A DNA stretch of 60,202 bases, taken from contig SLPC01000081.1 of assembly GCA_007132185.1 (NCBI GenBank), positions 1 to 60,202 of the forward strand. Direction: 5' to 3'. The position numbers and the translations under genes were made by a program. Positions 53,110 to 60,202 of the stretch are shown piece by piece. The stretch is from Anaerolineae bacterium (GTDB taxonomy: Bacteria > Chloroflexota > Anaerolineae > UBA1429). The first letter of the stretch is position 1. Every line of letters begins with the position of its first letter. A model generated the notes under the pieces. The model was not told where the DNA came from, did no database searches, and was given only the letters and a program-made list of their open reading frames with translations.

Positions 53110-53721
53110 ATGAAACGTAGATATTGGATTCTGGCAGCCATCCTACTCGCGCTGCTCAGCGGACCAGCCTGTGCCTTGGGGGGCCTGCTGGAGCAAGTCG
53201 GATGGGGCCAGAGCCCTGATGAGTCCGCCCAGGCGGAACCAACTCTGTATCCCACCGTGACGCCAACGCCAACCCGGCCCTCCCCCACGCGCCCTGCCTC
53301 GACTGCTGATGAGGGCGACTTTCGCCTGGAGATGACCGAAGCCGACCTGTCCGAGCTCATCGGAGACATGGGCATAGACGAGGAGGGTATCCGCATCCAG
53401 GACATGCGAGTGAGGATCACGGAGCAGAATGTGCTCGGCGCATTCCTCTTGTCGCACGACGGCACGGGCCTGAGCGGCGAGATCGCAGTGAAGGCAGAGC
53501 CTCAGGTCGTCGACGGCAAGCTCTATCTGGAGATCGTGGACTATGAGTTGGGGGAGGGGTTCTCGGGCTTTGCGCGGACCGTCGCCAGAAACGCGATCCA
53601 GTCCACGATCAATAGCATCAACGCGGCCCACGGGGTTCCTATCCCGATAGGGGGCGTCGCTGAGATCACCTCGATCGAGCTCTATGAGGGCCTCCTGGTG
53701 ATCAACGGCAAGCTAGACTAG
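53110..53721 (+). CDS. secreted/lipoprotein-like hypothetical protein with PT-rich linker
   Basis: Signal sequence MKRRYWILAAILLALLSGPAC, then the linker TVTPTPTRPSPTRP. Its stop overlaps the murE stop (shared CTAG). Confidence 0.6.
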   Translation: MKRRYWILAAILLALLSGPACALGGLLEQVGWGQSPDESAQAEPTLYPTVTPTPTRPSPTRPASTADEGDFRLEMTEADLSELIGDMGIDEEGIRIQDMRVRITEQNVLGAFLLSHDGTGLSGEIAVKAEPQVVDGKLYLEIVDYELGEGFSGFARTVARNAIQSTINSINAAHGVPIPIGGVAEITSIELYEGLLVINGKLD

Positions 53722-55292
53722 GGCGACGCGGCACTGCAAGCGTCATAGCCCAAGTGCGCCAGGCCCTCGCGTACAGCATCCTGGTCGCTCCAGGGGTATT
53801 CGGTCTCGCCAAAGCACATGGAGCGCTCATGGCCCTTGCCCGTGGCGATCACGACATCGCCGGGCTGCGCCATCCGGAGGGCAGTGCTGATCGCCTCGTT
53901 CCGATCACCGATCTTCCAGTAACCCTCGCCCTGCCGGCGTCCGGCCTTTTGGCACCCTTCGGCGATCTGATCCATGATGGCGTCCAACGGCTCGGTGCGG
54001 GGGTCCTCGGCGGTGATGATCACCCGATCGGCCAGCCTGCCCGCGACCTCGCCCATCCAGGCGCGCTTGGCCACGTCCCGCAGCCCCGCGCAGCCAAATA
54101 CCACGACCACCTGCCCCTGGGTCAGGTCTCTGGCGCACTGCAGAGCATTTTCCATGGCATTGGGCGTATGCGCAAAATCCACGATAGCGGTAAAGGGCTG
54201 GCCGCAGTCGATGCGCTCCATGCGCCCCACGATGCCCCTCACCTGGGCGATCCCTGCGGCAATGGCCTCAGGCGCGATCCCCTGCGAGTAGGCGACGCTG
54301 ACGGCCGCCAGGATGTTGGACACGTTGTAACGCCCCACCAGAGGCGAACTGACCTGCAGCGGCCCCTGGGGCGTCACGATCTCGATGTGCAGGCCCGAGG
54401 GGCTCACGTCCACGTTGTACGCATACAAGTCAGCAGACTTGTCCAGGTCGGCAGCCTCGTCCAAACCATAGGAGAGCTGGCGCTCGGCCGGAATAGGACT
54501 GAGGTAGGCATAGGACGAGTCATCGCGGTTCAGCACCGCCACCTTGTCCACGCCGTCCTTGCGCGCTGACGTCCGCAGGGCGTGAAACAGCATCGCTTTG
54601 GCCTGCTGGTAGGCCTCCAGGCTACCGTGGAAATCCAGGTGCTCGTGGGTGATGTTGGTAACCACGGCCACATCATACTCAACAGCCGTAACCCGGTGCT
54701 GTGCCAGACCATGAGAGGTGGACTCGATCACGACATACTCGACGCCCGCCTCTACCATCTCGGCCAGATAGGCCTGCACCTCGGGGGCGTCGGGGGTCGT
54801 GGTATGGAATCCGGTGGGCGTCTCGCGGCCCGCGATGGTGGCGCTCACCGAGTCGATGGTGCCGACGACGTGCCCCGCCGCGCTCAGGATGCCCGCGATG
54901 AGACGCACTGTCGTTGTCTTGCCATCGGTACCGGTCACGCCGATCACGCGCAGCTTGCGCCCTGGATAGCCGTGCCACGCCGCCATCAGGTAGGCGAGGG
55001 CCTCACGTGCGTCGGGGACGCACACGGTGGGCACGCAGACGGTGTACTCACCGTTCAGCTCGGGCGTGAGGCGCTCGACGACGCAGGCGACCGCCCCCGC
55101 CGCCAGCGCCGCCGGAATAAAGCGGTGCCCATCCACATTGACACCCGGCACGGCGACGAACAGATCGCCCGGCTGGACCCGGCGCGAATCGGTCGTGATC
55201 CTGGCGATCTCGAGGGGCCGCCAGGCATGGCGCGTCGCGGCGGGCAGGGCATCAACCAGCGGATCAAGGGCTCTCATGAGCGAACCTTTCAT
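53718..55292 (-). CDS. murE: UDP-N-acetylmuramoyl-L-alanyl-D-glutamate--2,6-diaminopimelate ligase
   Basis: ITTDSRRVQPGDLFVAVPG..DGHRF and the P-loop GVTGTDGKTTT. The start may be ATG 55277 (GAAAGG upstream). Confidence 0.9.
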   Translation of the reverse strand: MKGSLMRALDPLVDALPAATRHAWRPLEIARITTDSRRVQPGDLFVAVPGVNVDGHRFIPAALAAGAVACVVERLTPELNGEYTVCVPTVCVPDAREALAYLMAAWHGYPGRKLRVIGVTGTDGKTTTVRLIAGILSAAGHVVGTIDSVSATIAGRETPTGFHTTTPDAPEVQAYLAEMVEAGVEYVVIESTSHGLAQHRVTAVEYDVAVVTNITHEHLDFHGSLEAYQQAKAMLFHALRTSARKDGVDKVAVLNRDDSSYAYLSPIPAERQLSYGLDEAADLDKSADLYAYNVDVSPSGLHIEIVTPQGPLQVSSPLVGRYNVSNILAAVSVAYSQGIAPEAIAAGIAQVRGIVGRMERIDCGQPFTAIVDFAHTPNAMENALQCARDLTQGQVVVVFGCAGLRDVAKRAWMGEVAGRLADRVIITAEDPRTEPLDAIMDQIAEGCQKAGRRQGEGYWKIGDRNEAISTALRMAQPGDVVIATGKGHERSMCFGETEYPWSDQDAVREGLAHLGYDACSAASP

Positions 55293-55361
55293 ACGTGATC
55301 AGGGCAGATGATTGGGCAGGCGGCTGAACAGCGCCATTGTACGCGCACGGCGTCGAGGCGC

Positions 55362-55398
55362 AAAAAAAGAGCCCCGCGACCCTTGGTCACAGGGCTCT
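55362..55398 (-). terminator. intrinsic terminator after the hydrogenase operon
   Basis: Minus strand: AGAGCCC...GGGGCTCT hairpin followed by the T7 run (plus-strand A run 55362-55368). Confidence 0.6.
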
Positions 55399-55410
55399 AC
55401 CGCTGTATTA

Positions 55411-56331
55411 CTACCGTTGGCTGTTGCCCTCGTCCTCGGGCATCTCGCGCAAGAGACCCGTCAGCACGGCACGTCGCCGCCGGAGCTGGCCCTTGCGGTC
55501 ATACTCGCGCACCACGGCCTCGTAGGCCACCAGCTTGTCCAGCGCCTTGTTCCACGCCCCCGACTCGATGGGGGTGTGCAGGATGTTGGTACGCTGCACG
55601 GTGATGGCGCCCTCGGCGGGGCAGATGTGCTCGCAGGCGCCGCAAAAAACGCAAAAGCGCTCATCGACGCTCACCTGCTGACCATCATAGCTGATGGTCT
55701 TGGTGGGGCAGATGTCGGCACAGGCCTGGCAGCCCTCGGGGCAGAGGGATACATCCAGGCGCACATGGCCCTGGTAGGGCCTGGTGATGGTAAAGGCGCC
55801 CTTGGGCCCCAGCTCCATGCAGCGAGTGCAGGCAATGCACAGCTCGCGATCCACCTCCACATTGCTCACCGCCGTCACCTGACCCGCGTCATCCGTCGCC
55901 AGCTCGGCGCTGATGGCACCCACGGGGCAGTTGTCGATATAGCTCGTATCGGTGGACGCTGCAGCAGCGTCCTGATCGATCTTGACGTTGCGCAGCAGGT
56001 AGGGAAACGCCTTGCCCGAGATCACCGGAATCTCGGGCTTGCCGTCGATGGTCATCGACAGGGCATGGGCGGGGCAGACCACGACGCACTCGCCGCACAT
56101 GCTGCATGTGGCCGGGTCAATGTCGATGCGGGGCTGGACGGTCATGCGGCCGTCCACCAGCTGGCCCTCACTGAGGGAGATCGACTCGTGGGGGCACACC
56201 AGGCTGCAGATCTCACAGCCACAGCAGGCCTCGTGATCCACGACCAGCGCGCTGCGGCGCAGCACCATGGGGCGCAGCAGAGTCTGGTTTTGCGGGGTAT
56301 CGGTCTTGATGATGCGGCCACGTGTGGTCAT
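55411..56331 (-). CDS. polyferredoxin (MvhB-like, multiple 4Fe-4S motifs)
   Basis: Several CxxCxxCxxxCP motifs (CCGCEICSLVCP, CSMCGECVVVCP, CIACTRC, CQACADICP, CVFCGACEHICP). It starts 3 nt after the large-subunit stop. Confidence 0.8.
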   Translation of the reverse strand: MTTRGRIIKTDTPQNQTLLRPMVLRRSALVVDHEACCGCEICSLVCPHESISLSEGQLVDGRMTVQPRIDIDPATCSMCGECVVVCPAHALSMTIDGKPEIPVISGKAFPYLLRNVKIDQDAAAASTDTSYIDNCPVGAISAELATDDAGQVTAVSNVEVDRELCIACTRCMELGPKGAFTITRPYQGHVRLDVSLCPEGCQACADICPTKTISYDGQQVSVDERFCVFCGACEHICPAEGAITVQRTNILHTPIESGAWNKALDKLVAYEAVVREYDRKGQLRRRRAVLTGLLREMPEDEGNSQR

Positions 56332-56334
56332 GTT

Positions 56335-57819
56335 CTAACCCTCGCCTCCCGCAGATGGATCTCGTCGCAGTTGGGCCAACAGCTCGCCTGACGGATCGTA
56401 CACAGAGACCTCCAGGTCCATCTCGCCCGGGGCCGCGTGGGTGGCGCAGCCAAAGCAGGGATCATAGGCCCGGAACGCCATCTCGACCCGATCCAGCAGC
56501 CCCTGGGTGATCTCTTTGCCGCCGCCGATCAGCGTCTGGGCCGCCTTTTTGATCGACATGCAGATGGCCGCATGGTTGTTGGTGGTGCCCACGATCAGGT
56601 TCACCCTGGTCAGAAGGCCCTGCTCGTCGGTAACATAGTGATGAGTGAGCAGGCCACGCGGCGCCTCCACGATGCCCACGCCCTCGCGGGGCGTCTCGGT
56701 GGGAATGACGCGGATGTTGGGATCGGTCAGCGCCTCGTCGCGCGCCAGCTCGAGCACGCGTTCGCCGGCATAAAGCATCTCGATCAGGCGCGCCCAGTGG
56801 GTCGCCAGAGTGGCGTGCACCGGCTTGGCCCCCATATAGGCATAGAACTCCTCATAGGCCTCCTGGGCCAGGGGCGTCGCCAGCCCCTCGCTCACATTCA
56901 GGCGCGACAGGGGGGTGGAGCGATAGACGCCGCTCTCCATGCCGTCGGTGAGCCCCTGCCAGCCAAAGTGCTTGAGGTAGGGGAACTTGACATAGGTCCA
57001 CGGTTCGACCCGCTCGGCCACGTGCTCCAGGTACTCGTGGGGCGGATAGCAGGCGACCTCGTTGCCCTCGACATCGACGATGCGCACCTTGCCATCATAA
57101 AAGTTGAGCTGCTTGTTGGCATCCACCAGCCCGATGCTATGGGTGCGGTGCAGATAGGCGTCACCCATAATCATGTCGCGGAATTCGTCATTGCCCAGCA
57201 CCAGATCGCGCCACAACTCGAGGCTGAACTGGCCAAACTCGACCATGCTCTCGCCGATCTCGATCAGGCGCCGCTGCATCTCGGGCGTCACAGCCTTGGC
57301 GACGCCCCCGGGCAGCCCCATGACGGGGTGCACAAAGCGGCCGCCCAGCATCGAGAGCACCTCGTGGGTCTCGGACAGGTGGCGCAGCACGCGCTGTCCC
57401 AACCGCACGCCCAGCTTGTTGACGATGCCCAGGATATTACGCTGCGCCGGGTCAGTATCCGGCCCCAGGATGAAATCGGGCCCTGAGAGCACGAAAAAGT
57501 GAGTGGCGTGGTCGCCCGAGACAAAGGCATCATATGCCAGCTCGCGGATCCGATGGGCGTTAGGGGGCGGCTCGACGCCATAGACCGCGTCGGCGGCCTT
57601 GGTCGCCGCCATATGGTGGGCCATGGGGCATACGCCGCAGATTCGCTGGGTGATGCGGGCCATTTCCTCTACCGGGCGCCCCTCGCAAAAGCTCTCGAAC
57701 CCACGAAACTCGGGCACCTGAAAGTAGGCGTTGGCCACATCGCCCTGGTCATCCATGAATATCGTGATCTTCCCGTGCCCCTCCAAGCGGGTGACAGGAT
57801 CGATGGTTATGCGTTTCAC
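56335..57819 (-). CDS. [NiFe]-hydrogenase large subunit (Mvh/group 3-like)
   Basis: N-terminal RLEGHG...RICGVCPMAHH and C-terminal DPCFGCATH Ni-binding motifs. The GTG start overlaps the small-subunit TGA (GTGA). The track ORF has a spurious 93-codon extension. Confidence 0.9.
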   Translation of the reverse strand: MKRITIDPVTRLEGHGKITIFMDDQGDVANAYFQVPEFRGFESFCEGRPVEEMARITQRICGVCPMAHHMAATKAADAVYGVEPPPNAHRIRELAYDAFVSGDHATHFFVLSGPDFILGPDTDPAQRNILGIVNKLGVRLGQRVLRHLSETHEVLSMLGGRFVHPVMGLPGGVAKAVTPEMQRRLIEIGESMVEFGQFSLELWRDLVLGNDEFRDMIMGDAYLHRTHSIGLVDANKQLNFYDGKVRIVDVEGNEVACYPPHEYLEHVAERVEPWTYVKFPYLKHFGWQGLTDGMESGVYRSTPLSRLNVSEGLATPLAQEAYEEFYAYMGAKPVHATLATHWARLIEMLYAGERVLELARDEALTDPNIRVIPTETPREGVGIVEAPRGLLTHHYVTDEQGLLTRVNLIVGTTNNHAAICMSIKKAAQTLIGGGKEITQGLLDRVEMAFRAYDPCFGCATHAAPGEMDLEVSVYDPSGELLAQLRRDPSAGGEG

Positions 57820-58832
57820 GATGCGTCTTCTCCGTTCCGCTGCGAGTCGCAGACCTGGCCAGACTCGGCGAGGCCCATCTTGATCTGGTGCAAGACCGAG
57901 GCCCCGAGGCTGAACCGATACAGGGTACCCACGGGGTCGACGATCGTCGAAAGCACCTGCCGGATGTCGGCATCGCTCTCGCCCTCGAAACCAGCCACAA
58001 TGGCATCCAACATGGCGGCCCCCTGATCGACCACGCCGGCGGGCGGCCCATAGCAGCCCCGGCAGGGCATCTCGGCATGGATGCACAGCGCGCCGCAACC
58101 GGCATGGGTGGCAGGCCCGGCACAGATCAGGCCCTGCTCCAGGAAGCAGATCTCTGGATCAGGTATGATCTCGTGGGGCCGTACAAAGCGGTCCACGCGG
58201 ATCTTGCCCTCCCGCTCGCGCGGGCACTGGTCGCACACGGTGCGATCGTCCACACCCAGCAGGCTCCCCACCTCGGGCAGCTTGTTCTCGATAACGGCCG
58301 TCATCGCCTTCCAGATCTGGTCGTGGTGGGGCGGGCACCCGGGGATCGAATACTCGACGGGCACTACCTGCGACAGGGTGCGGAGCTGCTTGGAGAGCAC
58401 AGGCAGCGTCAGATCGCCTTCGGGCATGGCAAAGTGCCCCTGCTGCAGGACCTGAGCGCCGTTATCGACAGAGGGCGATGTCCAGGCGGCACCTTGCAGC
58501 GCATGGTCAGGGCCCTTGATATTGCTCAGTCCGGGGATGCAACCCTCCATGGCGCATGAGCCAAAGGCCACCAGCACTTTGGTCTTGGTCCGGAGCAGGT
58601 GCGCAATATGGGCGTCCTCGTCGGTGCGGATGCCGCCGTTGAAAAGGGTCACGTCGATATGCTTGTCGGGCATGGCCTCGACATCGGTGTACTTGAAATC
58701 CATGGCGGCGGGCCAAAAGACAATGTCCGCCACCTGGGCCAGCTCCAGCAGGCGCTCGCCCAGCTCGACGATGGCAATGTCGCAACCGCCGCAGCTCGAG
58801 GCCCAGTATACGGCCAGTTTCAGCTTCTCCAT
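57816..58832 (-). CDS. [NiFe]-hydrogenase small subunit (MvhG-like)
   Basis: MEKLKLAVYWASSCGGCDIAIVE... proximal-cluster Cys pattern, with further Cys clusters (GCPPH, CAGPATHAGCGALC, CRGC). SD GAGGAAAG. Confidence 0.85.
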   Translation of the reverse strand: MEKLKLAVYWASSCGGCDIAIVELGERLLELAQVADIVFWPAAMDFKYTDVEAMPDKHIDVTLFNGGIRTDEDAHIAHLLRTKTKVLVAFGSCAMEGCIPGLSNIKGPDHALQGAAWTSPSVDNGAQVLQQGHFAMPEGDLTLPVLSKQLRTLSQVVPVEYSIPGCPPHHDQIWKAMTAVIENKLPEVGSLLGVDDRTVCDQCPREREGKIRVDRFVRPHEIIPDPEICFLEQGLICAGPATHAGCGALCIHAEMPCRGCYGPPAGVVDQGAAMLDAIVAGFEGESDADIRQVLSTIVDPVGTLYRFSLGASVLHQIKMGLAESGQVCDSQRNGEDAS

Positions 58833-58841
58833 ATCTTTCCT

Positions 58842-59864
58842 CTATGCCCCATCCGCCGCAGAAAACATGGCGGGAGCCGCCGCCGTCGAGGCCGTCACGA
58901 TCTCGTTTGCCATCTGGTCGAGGAGCGCCGGCAGCGCGCTACGGGTCAGCGCCCCCAGCTCTACGAAACGCACCCGACCGGGATGGATGCTCATCTGGTT
59001 CAGCACCGTATCCAGCAGGGCGACCTTGCCGCGCCCCAGGTAGGTCCCCCGCTTGTAGTGGCACTCGCCCTCGTGGCAGCCCGCCACCAGCACGCCGTCG
59101 GCGCCCTGGGAGAGGGCCAGCAGGATCATGGCCGGGTCCACACGGCCCGAGCAGGGCAGGTTGACCAGGTGCAGCCGCTCGCTCTCCAAGGCCTCCAGGG
59201 CGGCCCACTCGGCGTCAGAGCGAATGCTCCACTGGCACACAAAGGCCAGGATGCGCGGCGCATCGGCAGCACCTTGCAGGTAGCCCGGCTGCTCCAGCCA
59301 GCCCCCGGAGCCCATGCGCGACAGGATCTCTTGATCGTTGAACTCTTCCAGGCTCATGGCCCCCGACGGACAGGCCGCCACGCACACGCCACAGTGCATG
59401 CACAGGTTCTTGTCCACCTGAGCGATTACGCGCTCATCGCCGTTGACCATCACGGGCCCGCGGGCCAGCGCCTCGTAGGGGCAGGAACGGGTGCACACAG
59501 CGCAACCGGAGCAGATAACCTCGTCCACGGAGGCAAAGGGGCCCGGCGGCTCGTATCCCTCGCGGATGGCGATGGTCCGTATGGCTTGCATCACCTCCGA
59601 GATATGGATCTCCTTGGGGCAGCGCGGGTAACAGGCATCACAGGCAGAGCACTGCCAGATCTCGCGGCTGGAGAGCACCGCCTCGCGCAGGCCCAGACCC
59701 GCCTTGCGCAGGATCAGCCGCGGGTTGAACGCGGGATCAAAGCGGCGCACCAGACAGGTGGCTGCGCAGGTGCCGCACGACCAGCAGTCGAGCAGATGCT
59801 CGCCGCCGGGCTCGGCCATGACATCTTGCACGAAATTGCCGTCAAACTCGCCGGAACGGATCAT
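58842..59864 (-). CDS. fusion protein: HdrC-like 4Fe-4S domain + ferredoxin dicluster + MvhD domain
   Basis: CWSCGTCAATC...CSACDACYPRCP (HdrC-like), CSGCAVCTRSCP and CMHCGVCVAACP (ferredoxin), LPCSGRVD...GCHEGECHY (MvhD). The ATG overlaps the upstream TGA (ATGA). The track ORF extends to 60083. Confidence 0.8.
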   Translation of the reverse strand: MIRSGEFDGNFVQDVMAEPGGEHLLDCWSCGTCAATCLVRRFDPAFNPRLILRKAGLGLREAVLSSREIWQCSACDACYPRCPKEIHISEVMQAIRTIAIREGYEPPGPFASVDEVICSGCAVCTRSCPYEALARGPVMVNGDERVIAQVDKNLCMHCGVCVAACPSGAMSLEEFNDQEILSRMGSGGWLEQPGYLQGAADAPRILAFVCQWSIRSDAEWAALEALESERLHLVNLPCSGRVDPAMILLALSQGADGVLVAGCHEGECHYKRGTYLGRGKVALLDTVLNQMSIHPGRVRFVELGALTRSALPALLDQMANEIVTASTAAAPAMFSAADGA

Positions 59865-60202
59865 GATGCGGGCACCCCCTCTTCCGAGGCCACCGCCGGC
59901 TCTATGTCGGCCAACAGGTCGATCATCTGCGGCGAGTTCTTCCAGCGCTGCAGGCGCCGCTCGATGGTAGGCCGCGCCTCGCGGTTCTCTGCCAGAATCT
60001 GCTCGCGCGGGATCGACTTGAGCGTCTCGTTCATCTCGGTGATCACGCGGGCGTACTTTTCGCCCTCGGCGGCCGAGATCCACTCGACCCGGAAGCGCTC
60101 GCGGCTGATGCCCATGCGCTCGAGCTGGGTGGCCAGGCGCTCAAAGCGCTTGGCAGCCACCTGCTGGCCGGTGATATAGTGGCAGTCCTGCGGATGGCAA
60201 CC
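59861..60202 (-). CDS. MvhD-domain (hydrogenase Fe-S delta subunit-like) protein, 5' end outside window
   Basis: The frame is open to the right edge. Hand translation from the edge: GCHPQDCHYITGQQVAAKRFERLATQLERMGISRERFRVEWISAAEGEKYA... Confidence 0.7.
   Translation of the reverse strand, partial: GCHPQDCHYITGQQVAAKRFERLATQLERMGISRERFRVEWISAAEGEKYARVITEMNETLKSIPREQILAENREARPTIERRLQRWKNSPQMIDLLADIEPAVASEEGVPAS

Noticed and set aside
56335-56460. Selenocysteine in the hydrogenase large-subunit C-terminal motif
   Set aside because: The motif reads DPCFGCATH, with both positions encoded by Cys codons, and there is no in-frame TGA.
55312-60179. Long + ORFs 55312..56391, 56437..57486, 57888..58559 and 58599..60179 opposite the hydrogenase operon
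   Set aside because: They are mirror frames of the minus-strand mvh-like genes, which carry unmistakable Ni-binding and Fe-S motifs.

Overview
High-GC (GC-rich third codon positions), densely coding bacterial chromosomal window. Gene content hints at Chloroflexota, but that is inference only. Most of it is housekeeping: panE, tgt, uppP, proS, secG, tRNA-Leu(CAG), aspartase, mutY, hom, hpf, folC, trpB2, gatCA, ald and murE, plus a glycosyltransferase/sugar-transferase group and an Mvh-type [NiFe]-hydrogenase operon at the right edge. Many long ORFs in the six-frame track are mirror frames of real genes. Several real genes are absent from the track or have mis-set starts. Main results: (1) An AT-richer ~4.1 kb cassette (about 6.47-10.45 kb) carries two small proteins and two radical-SAM enzymes, one SPASM-like and one with PDZ plus a DUF512-like tail. 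It is bracketed by diverged direct copies of the panE/metallophosphoesterase gene junction. This is the best candidate for an undescribed peptide-modification system, apparently acquired by insertion. (2) An unlisted SelW/Rdx-type selenoprotein gene has an in-frame TGA (32207-32446, minus). (3) A Trp-specific (UGG) T-box leader controls a stand-alone trpB2. (4) A tightly coupled operon of about 8 genes (41.5-48.9 kb) encodes a HEAT-repeat protein, three polytopic membrane proteins, a zinc-ribbon membrane protein, a GlmL-like actin-fold ATPase and other unknowns. (5) An mvhD-G-A-B-like hydrogenase operon has an HdrC-ferredoxin-MvhD fusion. No CRISPR array, rRNA, transposase or integrase was seen.
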